64,000 nucleotides of DNA from Acidimicrobiia bacterium (GTDB lineage Bacteria; Actinomycetota; Acidimicrobiia; Spongiisociales; UBA5794). The DNA is taken from positions 261,676 through 325,675 of the forward strand of contig JAWKJB010000003.1 of assembly GCA_041393965.1 (NCBI GenBank), read 5' to 3'. Below are positions 10,176 to 19,598 of the stretch, one piece after another (positions within the stretch are counted from its first letter, which is position 1; each line of letters starts with the position of its first letter). The notes beneath the pieces are model-generated. The model ran no database searches. It worked only from the letters and a program-made list of their open reading frames with translations, and was not told the origin of the DNA. A program made the position numbers and the translations under genes.

Positions 10176-12680
10176 TCAGGGCGCGGGCACGCCGATCCGA
10201 ACCGAGATGATGGCACCATTGCTCACGGCGGCTCCCGGCGCAGGGTTCGTGCTGATGACGATGCCGTGGAGCTCTGCATTCGATGTTGGGATTTCCACGA
10301 GACTCCAACCGAGCGAGATACCGGTCTCTGCCGCGAACTCCGACAGCTTCGCCGTCACCTCGAGTTGGGTGAGGCCTCGCAGGTCGACAAGGCCGACGGT
10401 CTCGGCAACACCCGACGACACCTGCACCTCGACCCTCGACCCTTGGCGCACCAGGGTGCCGGAGACGGGAACCGTTTCGAGGAAGGTGCCTTGTGGGAGA
10501 AGCGAGGGAATCTCGACGACATCGGCGTACAGACCCGCTGCGTACAGATCGGAGATGACCGTCTTGGTCGACAGTCCGGGCTCGGGTACCGCGGTGAACG
10601 GGGTCTGGCGGTAGATGTCCGTACCGGCGGGTTCGGGCGGGAAGTCGATGGTCGGGATTCCGAGTGTTGCGAACTCCATGAATTCGCGCCACACGGGGGC
10701 CGCGAGCGTTCCACCGGCGGCACTGCGGTAATACTGCTCGGTCTGTTCGAGGTCGTTGAAGACGGTGAAGTCCTTGAGCGGAACACGGCCGTCTGCGTCC
10801 CCGATCCAGACAACGGTTGTCATCTGGGGAATGAACCCTGCGAACCACACATCGGCGTTGTCGGTCGAGGTGCCGGTCTTTCCTGCCTGTGGACGGTCGA
10901 TGTCAGCGCGCCGGCCGGTCCCGGAGGTCACCACCTTCTTGAGGGACCCGACGACGGCTGCGGCCACCTGTCCGTTGAGCACCGAGCGCGGCTGGGGTGT
11001 GTGCTCGTAGATGACGGTGCCATCTGCCGCGGTGATGCGTTCGATGAGATACGGCTCGTGGTATTCGCCGTAATTCGCGAGCGTCGAGTACACGACCGCG
11101 ACATCCTCCGGGCGGACATCTTGGGCCCCGAGCGTGATCGACAGATGTTCCGCGAGCGGCGTTCTGATACCGAGTCTCGTTGCCATCTCGACCACGGACG
11201 CGGGACCGATCTGCTCGACGAGGCGCGCGTAGACCGCGTTGACCGAGTTATAGGTCGCCGAATCGAGGGTCCGCAGGTCGTTGCCCGAGCTTCCACCTGC
11301 GTTGTCGACCGTCCAAACATCATTCTCACAGTTTGCGGACGGGTCGCACGGAATGAGCGCCGGGCTCGCATCGTTCCAGTACGAGCCGAGCGTTATGGGT
11401 ATGCCGTCCCGGGTACCCGAATCGAGCGCTGCGGCAAGTGTGATCGGCTTGAAGACGGAACCGGCATGACGGGCGCCTCCCGATGCAAGGTCGTATGGCC
11501 GCTGGCCGGCTTCGATGTCATCCCCGAAGTCGAGACCGGATGCCATCACCCGAATCGCTCCCGTCGCGTTGTCGATCGTCGAGATCGCCCCCGTCGGCCC
11601 ATCGAGGCCGGGCCGGAACCAGGCGCGGAGGATCCGATTCGCTTCGGTCTGGAGTCGGTTGTTGACCGTGATGTCGATGCGCAGACCCCCGCCGCCGTCG
11701 CAGTCGGTCACCGAGGCCGGACATCCGAACACGGCACGCTTGCGTTCCTCGTAGGTTTCACCCAATCCGAATTCGTTGGTATCGAGCAAGGTGCGATTGA
11801 CCCGCGACATGATGGCTTGGGGTGTCGAGATCTCCTTCGTCTCGTTTGGGATGACACCGAGCGGTTTGGCCTTCGCCGCTGCGGCCTCATCGCGCGTGAT
11901 GTAGTTGTTGACGACCATGCGGTCGATGGTTCGGTTCCTTGCCGCGAGGGCGTTGTCTGCTCCCGAACGCGGGTGGTAGTAGGTGGGGTTCCGGATCGGG
12001 ACGGGAAGGAGGGCGGCCTCTTCGAGGGTGAGATCGTCGAGGGACTTACCGAAATACTCCTCGGCGGCGGCATTGATTCCGTAGGCGTTCGAGCCGAAAT
12101 AGACCGAGTTGGCCCAGAATTCGAGGATCTGATCCTTGCTGTAGCGATGCTCGAGCTCGGCGGCAAGCACCGCTTCGCACAGCTTGCGTTCGATGGTCTG
12201 GTCAGACGAGAGGAAGTTCTGTTTGACGACCTGTTGGGTGATCGTCGAACCACCACCGGAAGGGGAGTTGACGAGGCGTCCGATCATGGCGCGTCCGATC
12301 GCGGAGAAGTCGATGCCCTCGTGCTGGTAGAAGGATTTGTCCTCCGCGGAAAGGAGCGCAGCGACGACGAGGTCTGGCATCTCGTCGAGGCTGATGGGCT
12401 GGGAGTTGCGCTCCGTCAGCTGCCCCATCTTGACGCGGTCCTGGGAATAGACCGTTGAGAGTCGCGACAGGTCGGGGAATGCGAGATCGATCTCGGAGGT
12501 GTCACACAGGTATTCCTCCTGGAGCGAATCAGCTGCGCCATATGCCGTGTTCGCCGACAAGAACCCGAAGAATCCGACCCATGTGGCCCCCGCGATGACG
12601 AAAACCCCCAATCCGACGAGGGCGGGAAGACGCCTGCGGTATCGCTCCATACGCTCGATCTGTCGAATCGGAGGTTCCAT
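10176..12680 (-). CDS. ponA: Class A penicillin-binding protein (transglycosylase/transpeptidase) with C-terminal PASTA-like repeats
   Basis: EDKSFYQHEG and GGSTITQQVVK (GT51). SVFK, SVN and KTG transpeptidase motifs. Confidence 0.92.
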   Translation of the reverse strand: MEPPIRQIERMERYRRRLPALVGLGVFVIAGATWVGFFGFLSANTAYGAADSLQEEYLCDTSEIDLAFPDLSRLSTVYSQDRVKMGQLTERNSQPISLDEMPDLVVAALLSAEDKSFYQHEGIDFSAIGRAMIGRLVNSPSGGGSTITQQVVKQNFLSSDQTIERKLCEAVLAAELEHRYSKDQILEFWANSVYFGSNAYGINAAAEEYFGKSLDDLTLEEAALLPVPIRNPTYYHPRSGADNALAARNRTIDRMVVNNYITRDEAAAAKAKPLGVIPNETKEISTPQAIMSRVNRTLLDTNEFGLGETYEERKRAVFGCPASVTDCDGGGGLRIDITVNNRLQTEANRILRAWFRPGLDGPTGAISTIDNATGAIRVMASGLDFGDDIEAGQRPYDLASGGARHAGSVFKPITLAAALDSGTRDGIPITLGSYWNDASPALIPCDPSANCENDVWTVDNAGGSSGNDLRTLDSATYNSVNAVYARLVEQIGPASVVEMATRLGIRTPLAEHLSITLGAQDVRPEDVAVVYSTLANYGEYHEPYLIERITAADGTVIYEHTPQPRSVLNGQVAAAVVGSLKKVVTSGTGRRADIDRPQAGKTGTSTDNADVWFAGFIPQMTTVVWIGDADGRVPLKDFTVFNDLEQTEQYYRSAAGGTLAAPVWREFMEFATLGIPTIDFPPEPAGTDIYRQTPFTAVPEPGLSTKTVISDLYAAGLYADVVEIPSLLPQGTFLETVPVSGTLVRQGSRVEVQVSSGVAETVGLVDLRGLTQLEVTAKLSEFAAETGISLGWSLVEIPTSNAELHGIVISTNPAPGAAVSNGAIISVRIGVPAP

Positions 12681-12803
12681 GGTCCTGCCTGTCGAGCCGA
12701 AGCGGCACGATGCGCGCCAGCCCGGCCCTTGGTCGTGATGCTGCAGCGTGCAGCGGTACTATCGGCACCGATTCCGAGCATAGGTACCGACCCCGGATAG
12801 GCG

Positions 12804-14366
12804 ATGCATCCCGAACCAGGCGACAAGCATGTGTATGGACCGTCCGATCTCGCCGGGTGGGACGCAGACCAAAGACTCGGGGAACCGGGCGTATTCCCGT
12901 TCACGCGCGGCCCGTATCCCACCATGTATGTGGGAAGGCCGTGGACGATGCGCCAGTACGCCGGGTTCGGGAGCGCACGGGAGACCAACGAGCGGTTCAA
13001 GGCACTTCTCGCTGCGGGCCAGACGGGACTTTCGGTCGCGTTCGACCTCCCCACCCAGATGGGGCTGGACTCCGACGCAGACCTCGCGGAAGGCGAGGTA
13101 GGAAAGGTCGGGGTTGCCATCGATTCGGTGGACGATATGCGCACCCTGTTCGACGGCATCCCCCTCGCCGAGGTATCGACCTCGATGACGATCAACTCGA
13201 CCGCAGCGATGTTGCTCCTCATGTACGAGATCGTTGCCGAGGAACAGGGAGCCGTAGCCGATGAGCTTCGTGGCACGATCCAAAACGATGTGCTCAAGGA
13301 ATACATCGCTCGGGGTACCTACATCTTTCCCGCCGCGCCGTCGCTTCGTCTCACCACCGACATCTTCGCCTATTGCGCAGCCGAACTGCCGAAATGGAAC
13401 CCGATCTCCATCTCGGGATATCACATCCGGGAGGCAGGATCGACCGCGGCACAGGAGGTCGCATTCACGATTGCCAACGGGCTTGCCTATGTGGAAGCCG
13501 CCGCGGCGGCAGGGATCGAGGTCGATTCCCTCGCGCCGCGTCTCTCCTTCTTCTGGAACGCCCACAACGGCCTGTTCGAAGAGGCCGGGAAGTACCGGGC
13601 CGCACGCCGTCTGTGGGCTCACCTGATGCGTGACCGGGTGGGGGCGAAGGACCCTGCCTCTTGGCGCATGCGTTTCCACACCCAGACCGCTGGGTCGTCG
13701 CTCACGGCCCAACAACCCCTCAACAATGTGGTGCGCACCGCCTATCAGGGGCTCTCGGCGGTCCTCGGCGGCACCCAGTCGCTGCACACGAACGCATTCG
13801 ACGAGGCGCTCGGACTTCCGACCAACGAGTCGGCGCTCGTGGCGCTTCGGACCCAGCAGATCCTCGCGGGCGAAACCGGTGTGTGTGATGTCGTCGATCC
13901 CCTTGCTGGCAGCTACTTCGTCGAGTCGCTCACCGACCGGATCGAGGACGAGGCAAGGGCACTCATCGGGAGGATCGACGAACTCGGAGGGGCCGTAGCG
14001 GCGATCGATGCCGGGTTTCAGCAAGGCGAGATCGAACGCGCGGCATACGATCACGCCCGTGCCGTCGATGCCGGGACCTCAGCGGTGGTGGGGGTCAACC
14101 GCTTCGTGACCACGAACCACGAGGAACCCGAGATCCTCGCCCTCGATCCACAACTCGAGAAGGATCAGATTGCGTCCCTCGAGCGCCACCGGTCCGAACG
14201 CGACGACGAAGCGGTGACATCGTTGCTGGCCGAGGTCGAGTCGACCGCCCGCGGCGGCGACAACCTGCTCAAGCCGATGAAGGCCGCGTTGATGGTCGGT
14301 GCGACGATCGGAGAGATCACGACGGCACTGCTCCCGGTCTTCGGTCGCTACCGTCCGGCAAGCTGA
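12804..14366 (+). CDS. Methylmalonyl-CoA mutase, N-terminal catalytic subunit (split type, no B12-binding domain)
   Basis: [54 protein letters not shown]. Confidence 0.95.
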   Translation: MHPEPGDKHVYGPSDLAGWDADQRLGEPGVFPFTRGPYPTMYVGRPWTMRQYAGFGSARETNERFKALLAAGQTGLSVAFDLPTQMGLDSDADLAEGEVGKVGVAIDSVDDMRTLFDGIPLAEVSTSMTINSTAAMLLLMYEIVAEEQGAVADELRGTIQNDVLKEYIARGTYIFPAAPSLRLTTDIFAYCAAELPKWNPISISGYHIREAGSTAAQEVAFTIANGLAYVEAAAAAGIEVDSLAPRLSFFWNAHNGLFEEAGKYRAARRLWAHLMRDRVGAKDPASWRMRFHTQTAGSSLTAQQPLNNVVRTAYQGLSAVLGGTQSLHTNAFDEALGLPTNESALVALRTQQILAGETGVCDVVDPLAGSYFVESLTDRIEDEARALIGRIDELGGAVAAIDAGFQQGEIERAAYDHARAVDAGTSAVVGVNRFVTTNHEEPEILALDPQLEKDQIASLERHRSERDDEAVTSLLAEVESTARGGDNLLKPMKAALMVGATIGEITTALLPVFGRYRPAS

Positions 14367-14376
14367 TCCGGAGTCG

Positions 14377-15747
14377 ATGATGTTCAACCCAGAAGTACCG
14401 ACCCGTGTCGTGGTGATCGGCGGGGGTCCCGGTGGTCAGGCAGCGGCAACCACGGCGGCCCGATTCGGCGCCAAGGTGACGCTCGTCGAAGACCAGATCG
14501 TTGGCGGCGCGGCCCATCTGTGGGACTGCATTCCGTCCAAGGCGATGGTGTCGAGCTCGATCCGTATGCGGACCATCAGAAACGCAGCGAACCTCGGTTT
14601 GTCCGATCCGGGCGAAGTGACCGTCGACATGGGGCGACTGTCGGATCGTGCGGATCGCATCGCCAACACGATCGCCGCGTCGGTGACGGACCTCCTCGAC
14701 TCCCAGGGGGTCACGATTGTCCGCGGCCGGGCACGGTTCGCGAGCGCTACGAGCGTTGTTGCCGAGACCGATGGCGGACAGATCGAGATCCAATTCGATC
14801 ATGCGGTGATAGCGACCGGGTCACGGCCACGGATTCCTGACTGGGCTCCGATCGACGGGGAGCGTGTGCTCACCACGCGCCATGCGTATCGCCTCGGTGA
14901 GCTCCCGACCCGGATGGTGATCGTTGGTTCCGGTGTGACGGGTGTCGAGATGACCCACATCTTCTCGTCACTCGGGTCGTCCGTGGCTCTCCTCGTGAGC
15001 CGACACCATGTGTTGCCACATCGCGATGCCGAGGTCGCAACGGTGCTCGAAGAGGACTTCCTTGCGCGAGGTGTCGAACTGCTGAAGGGTTCGAGGGCGA
15101 CGAGAATCGATCGCAACGGGAACGAGGTGTCGGTCAGGACCGAAGACGGCAGGGTCGTGAAGGGTTCCCATGCCCTCCTCGCCGTAGGATCGGTCCCCAA
15201 CAGCGGCGATCTCGGACTCGAGCTCGCCGGTGTCACCCACACGGGGGGATTCATCGATGTGGATCCGTTCCAACGCACCTCGGCTCCCCATATCTATGCG
15301 GCAGGTGATGTGACCGGCCAGATGCTGCTGTCGTCGGTCGCGACGATGCAAGGCACCAAGATCGCGAGGCACATCCTCGGACACGAGGTCCATCCGATCG
15401 ACTACCGCAAGGTCGCCCAGGCCGTTTTCACCGAGCCCGAGATCGCCTCGGTGGGGCTCGAGGAGGTCGATGCTGCTGCCGAAGGGCGCAAGGTCAGGAT
15501 CACGAAGGTACCGCTCGCTCCCAACGCCAGGGCGCTCATCCAGGGGGATACGAAGGGTTTCGTCAAGCTCGTCTCGGACCCCGCGACCAGGATCGTCCTC
15601 GGCGGCACGGTTGTCGGCCACCACGCCTCGGAACTCATCGGATCGATCGCGGTCGCCACCAACGCAAGGCTGAGTGTTGACATCCTCGTCGAGACGCTGA
15701 TGGTGCATCCTTCCCTGACCGAATCCATCGCCGAAGCAGCGGAGTAG
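14377..15747 (+). CDS. lpdA: NAD(P)H-quinone dehydrogenase (LpdA-type flavoprotein disulfide reductase)
   Basis: GGGPGG FAD motif. GGAAHLWDCIPSK has only one Cys of the redox pair, as in mycobacterial LpdA. HPSLTES C-terminus. Confidence 0.85.
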   Translation: MMFNPEVPTRVVVIGGGPGGQAAATTAARFGAKVTLVEDQIVGGAAHLWDCIPSKAMVSSSIRMRTIRNAANLGLSDPGEVTVDMGRLSDRADRIANTIAASVTDLLDSQGVTIVRGRARFASATSVVAETDGGQIEIQFDHAVIATGSRPRIPDWAPIDGERVLTTRHAYRLGELPTRMVIVGSGVTGVEMTHIFSSLGSSVALLVSRHHVLPHRDAEVATVLEEDFLARGVELLKGSRATRIDRNGNEVSVRTEDGRVVKGSHALLAVGSVPNSGDLGLELAGVTHTGGFIDVDPFQRTSAPHIYAAGDVTGQMLLSSVATMQGTKIARHILGHEVHPIDYRKVAQAVFTEPEIASVGLEEVDAAAEGRKVRITKVPLAPNARALIQGDTKGFVKLVSDPATRIVLGGTVVGHHASELIGSIAVATNARLSVDILVETLMVHPSLTESIAEAAE

Positions 15748-15754
15748 ATGCCGC

Positions 15755-16129
15755 GTGAGTGCCGGTACCACTGTCACCATCAGCCGTGTCTACGCCACCG
15801 ACCGAGCCAAGGGATATCGGGTGTTGGTGGATCGGCTCTGGCCCCGTGGTGTGTCGAAGATCGATGCTGCCCTGGATGAGTGGCTCAAGGATGCGGCGCC
15901 GAGTACGGACCTTCGTCGCTGGTATGGACATCAGCCTGAGCTCTTCGACGAGTTCGCACAACGCTACGAGACGGAACTCGAGGGCTCACCAATCGCCCGT
16001 GATGCTGTGATGCACCTGTTGGAGATCGCGCGCACGCGGGATGTCGTGCTGGTCACCGCGACGAAGGATGTGGAGCATTCGGGCGCTCGGGTGCTCCTCG
16101 ACCACCTCACGAGGCTGCGGATGCAGTGA
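15755..16129 (+). CDS. DUF488/YeaO family protein
   Basis: RVLVDRLWPRGVSK, APSTDLRRWYGH. Confidence 0.9.
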   Translation: MSAGTTVTISRVYATDRAKGYRVLVDRLWPRGVSKIDAALDEWLKDAAPSTDLRRWYGHQPELFDEFAQRYETELEGSPIARDAVMHLLEIARTRDVVLVTATKDVEHSGARVLLDHLTRLRMQ

Positions 16130-16224
16130 GACACGATCGCCAACCTGCCGAATGGGCCTTCACGCCATCCCGAGTGGCACCTACGGCGGCATGCTCTGCG
16201 CGATCTCTTCGGGTCGTTCGGAAC

Positions 16225-16647
16225 ACCGCCTCGTGGACGGCGAACTCGACTCGATGGCGTCGCCGTGCCTGATTCAGGAGACGAACAGCCTACCGGTGCG
16301 ACTGCACCGGTAGCGGCGGCGTCGGCGACCTCCGGCATTGCCGCAAGACCCCGTGCCGTGCGGACCATCGTTGATGCTGCCGACGAGGTGAGCCGTAGCG
16401 CGCCCTTCAACCAACTGACCAACCAACTGACCGTTGACACCAGATGTCGCAACGGCCCCAGCGCACGCCGGTCGTACTCGGCAACCCGAGCCAACAGGCA
16501 TGCCTGTTGGGCATCGATGCGCTGCTTCAATTCGATGATCGATGCTTCCAGATCATCGTCTTTCATGAGAGCGAGTTCCTCGGCCAGCACCGTGGTGCTG
16601 CCGTCCTCTCCGAAGATCCCGCCCGCCGTGGGGGTCGGTGCCTTCAT
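16225..16647 (-). pseudogene. DUF222 (13E12-repeat/HNH-associated) N-terminal remnant, frameshifted and truncated
   Basis: LLARVAEYDRR-WL-ARGLAAMPEVADA. After a 1-nt shift near 16290 it continues AVRLLNQARRRH-EFAVHEAV, then similarity is lost. No HNH domain follows. A 12-bp tandem duplication AACCAACTGACC lies at about 16409-16432. Confidence 0.75.
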
Positions 16648-16654
16648 GGTGCCC

Positions 16655-16683
16655 ATCGTATCGAACATATGTTCGATTGCCAA
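16655..16683 (-). promoter_or_regulatory. Sigma-70-type promoter TTGGCA-N17-TACGAT with a LexA SOS box filling the spacer
   Basis: The perfect palindrome ATCGAACATATGTTCGAT (16660-16677) matches the actinobacterial LexA consensus TCGAAC-N4-GTTCGA. The ATG at 16647 lies 7 nt after the -10 (leaderless). Confidence 0.85.
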
Positions 16684-16757
16684 GAGGTTATGCTGTCGTC
16701 TGTCAGGTCACGCAGCAGCCCACACCCGGACAGGCACTCGGAAGGCAAGGAGCTGGT

Positions 16758-17177
16758 TTGGAATCGACGCAGGTCATCCTGTTTGTCGCCGATCAACAGC
16801 GTGCACGCGACTTCTACCGGACCGTGCTTGGAGCCGAGCCATCACTCGATGTGGTGGGAATGACGGAGTTTCCGTTGCCGGGTGGCTCGAAGCTCGGGCT
16901 GATGCCCATCGACGGGATACGGACCCTCCTTCCGAACCTACCCGATCCAAGGGAATCCCGGGCGCCGCGGTGCGAGCTGTATCTCTTGGTGACCGATCCG
17001 GCTGTCATGCATGCACGGGCACTCCGTGCCGGAGCCACCGAGGTGGCGCCGTTGACCGCGAGGGACTGGGGCGACGATGCTGCGTATTCACTCGACCGTG
17101 ACGGTCACCTGATCGCGTTTGCCCGACCCAGGAGTCCTACGGCAGATTCGGAGCCGCACCCTCAACGACTGCGATGA
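16758..17177 (+). CDS. VOC/glyoxalase family protein
   Basis: TTG start after AAGGAG. ILFVADQQRARDFY-LG and RDWGD-AY-D-DGH motifs. Confidence 0.85.
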   Translation: MESTQVILFVADQQRARDFYRTVLGAEPSLDVVGMTEFPLPGGSKLGLMPIDGIRTLLPNLPDPRESRAPRCELYLLVTDPAVMHARALRAGATEVAPLTARDWGDDAAYSLDRDGHLIAFARPRSPTADSEPHPQRLR

Positions 17178-17691
17178 GCGCCTGCTTGGCATCTGCGACA
17201 TCCGCGTAGAGAATGGCGAACAGTGAGATCCGATCATCGAAGCAGACGGCGATCTCTGGTATGTCGCCGCTCTTGAACTTGGCGTCGGTTCCGAGGCCGT
17301 CAACAGGTTCCTCATCGTCGAATCCGCCGACGCTGAACACGAGCTCGCAACCCACTTCGGTGACATCCTGGAAGAGGAGTTCGATGCCACCACTGCCCGG
17401 ATCGTCGGTAGGGGAATAGGCGCACAGGCCGTTGCCCAGCTTCTCGGAAGCTACTGCTTTGCCAAGGATCGTGCCCATCGAATCGTCATCAACGAACTCG
17501 CACGGGGTATCGAACGCGATCGGGCCTGATGGGGCCGTGGCAGTCGATGTCGTCGTTTCCGGCTGCGATTGTGGGGTGGTCGTCGTCGAACCCTCATCGG
17601 GAACCGAGCTCGATGTCAGTGGATCGTCGCCGCCGCCACACGCCGCCACGAAGACCAGGATCAAGACCGATATCAGAATCGTGCGTTTCAC
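17137..17691 (-). CDS. Lipoprotein with Thr-rich tether and four-Cys C-terminal domain (DUF3558-like)
   Basis: GGAGG RBS, lipobox FVAA|C, TTTT linker, PCEFV motif. Confidence 0.7.
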   Translation of the reverse strand: MKRTILISVLILVFVAACGGGDDPLTSSSVPDEGSTTTTPQSQPETTTSTATAPSGPIAFDTPCEFVDDDSMGTILGKAVASEKLGNGLCAYSPTDDPGSGGIELLFQDVTEVGCELVFSVGGFDDEEPVDGLGTDAKFKSGDIPEIAVCFDDRISLFAILYADVADAKQALIAVVEGAAPNLP

Positions 17692-17779
17692 GAGCGCTTC
17701 CTCCGGTTCCGTGACCCGGTCGGGTTCGACGAGTCAAGCATCATTGCCGAGTCTGTCAAGGCACGCGGAGCAAGGGCCG

Positions 17780-19525
17780 CTACCTGATCACCATCAGGAC
17801 CGCACCTGCCGAGACGGTGTCGCCCACCTGGGCCTTGAGATCCACGATCTCCCCACCGGTCGGCGCCTTGATCTCGTTCTCCATCTTCATGGCCTCAAGC
17901 ACGCAGACGGCTTCGCCCGCTTCGACATGTTCGCCAGCCTTGTGGTGGATCTTGACGATCGTGCCCTGCATCGGGGCGACCACCGCCCCCTCGCCGCCAC
18001 CGGTGTCCGCCTGCTTCGCCAGCTTTGGGGCCTTGCGCCTTGGGGCCACACGCGTGCCCGACCCGGGAGCGGTCAGCACCGCCGCCCAGTACTTGACCGT
18101 GAACCGTCTGCCACCGACCTCGACCGTCATCGAACGCTCCGCCAGTTCCTCTTCCTCCGGGAGGGACGGGGCCGTGGGCCGCTCGAGGTCCGAGAAGTCG
18201 ATCGAGTCCTCGATGAGCCTCGTGCTCACATCGCCGTTGAGGAACGCCTCATTGTCGAGCACCCGAAGATGGGCGCCGATCGTGGTGTCGACGCCCCCGA
18301 CCTCGAACTCCGTCAGCGCCCTTCGCGCCCGACGAATTGCCTCGTCGCGGGAGGCTCCCTTCACGATGAGCTTGGCGATCATGTTGTCGTAGTACTGGCT
18401 GATCGTCGACCCTTGGACAACGCCCGAATCGATCCGGATGCCGGGGCCAGCAGGCTCGTGATACCGGACGAGGGTCCCAGGCGTCGGCAAGAAACCCCGG
18501 GAGGGATCTTCTGCATTGATACGGAACTCGATCGCGTGCCCGACCGGATCGAGCGACCGCGGAGGCGTGAGCGTCTCTCCCATGGCGATCCTGATCTGGT
18601 CGGCAACGAGGTCGACGCCGAAGACCTCCTCGGTCACGGTGTGTTCGACCTGGATCCGTGTGTTCATCTCGAGGAAGTAGAACTCGCCATCGGCGAAGAG
18701 GAACTCGACGGTTCCGGCCGACTGGTAGCCCGCCGCGTGCCCGAGCGCCAAGGCCAGCTCACCGAGACGAGTCCGCAGCTCGGTGGTGAAACCCGGTGCA
18801 GGCGCCTCCTCGACGAGCTTTTGGTGTCGGCGCTGCAACGAGCAGTCCCGCTCACCGAAGAAGAACCCGTTGCCGTGGTGATCGAACAGCACCTGAGCCT
18901 CGATGTGTCGCGCCGCTTCGAGGTACCGTTCGACATAGACGGCCGGATTGCCGAACCACGACGCTGCCTCACGGCCAGCCGACTCGAACGCCTCCGCCAG
19001 TCCTTCTGCGGATCGTACGACCTTGAGTCCGCGACCTCCACCACCGGCAGCCGCCTTGATGGCGACCGGGAAGCCGTGCTCGGCGGCGAACGCCCCTACC
19101 TGGTCTGCGGTGGTGAGTGGTTCGAGCGTTCCCGGTACGCCGGGGACACCGGCTCTTTCGGCCGCAACGCGGGACTCGATCTTGTCACCCATCATCGCGA
19201 TGGCACTCGGGGGTGGTCCGATCCAGGTCAGGCCGGCGTCGATGACGGCCTGAGCGAAGGTCGCGTTCTCGGCGAGAAAACCGTATCCGGGGTGGACGGC
19301 GGAGGCCTTCGACTTCCTTGCGATCTCGAGAATCCGCTCGATGTTGAGGTAGGAGTCCGATGCCGGTGCCGTCCCGACATTCCAGGCCTCGTCCGCCATT
19401 TCCGTATGGACGGCGTCACGGTCGAGTTCGGAGTAGATCGCGATGGTCCTGAGCCCGAGGTCCCGTGCCGCCCGTATGACACGGACCGCGATCTCGCCCC
19501 GGTTTGCGATAAGGATGGATTCCAC
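17780..19525 (-). CDS. accA: Acetyl/propionyl-CoA carboxylase alpha subunit (biotin carboxylase plus BCCP)
   Basis: LIANRGEIA, HPGYGFLAEN, RDCSLQRRHQK, FLEMNTRIQVEH, EAMKM. GTG start 7 nt after TAGGAT. Confidence 0.95.
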   Translation of the reverse strand: MESILIANRGEIAVRVIRAARDLGLRTIAIYSELDRDAVHTEMADEAWNVGTAPASDSYLNIERILEIARKSKASAVHPGYGFLAENATFAQAVIDAGLTWIGPPPSAIAMMGDKIESRVAAERAGVPGVPGTLEPLTTADQVGAFAAEHGFPVAIKAAAGGGGRGLKVVRSAEGLAEAFESAGREAASWFGNPAVYVERYLEAARHIEAQVLFDHHGNGFFFGERDCSLQRRHQKLVEEAPAPGFTTELRTRLGELALALGHAAGYQSAGTVEFLFADGEFYFLEMNTRIQVEHTVTEEVFGVDLVADQIRIAMGETLTPPRSLDPVGHAIEFRINAEDPSRGFLPTPGTLVRYHEPAGPGIRIDSGVVQGSTISQYYDNMIAKLIVKGASRDEAIRRARRALTEFEVGGVDTTIGAHLRVLDNEAFLNGDVSTRLIEDSIDFSDLERPTAPSLPEEEELAERSMTVEVGGRRFTVKYWAAVLTAPGSGTRVAPRRKAPKLAKQADTGGGEGAVVAPMQGTIVKIHHKAGEHVEAGEAVCVLEAMKMENEIKAPTGGEIVDLKAQVGDTVSAGAVLMVIR

Positions 19526-19598
19526 GGCCTGCATCCTACGGTGCTCCGCTTCCCTCACGGCAGGGGAGGATTGGTGGGCCCTTCATCTCCCTTGATCG

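Noticed and set aside
10266-12458. Long antisense ORFs (also 17432-19750, 12759-14054, 48050-49330, 58800-60029, 61177-63150 and others)
   Set aside because: They are shadow frames of well-supported genes in high-GC DNA and have no recognisable motifs.
12680-12803. Cobalamin riboswitch upstream of methylmalonyl-CoA mutase
   Set aside because: The region is short and lacks recognisable B12-box or GGGAA motifs.
17731-17759. TTGACA upstream of the 17691 lipoprotein gene
   Set aside because: No -10 hexamer at 16-18 nt spacing.
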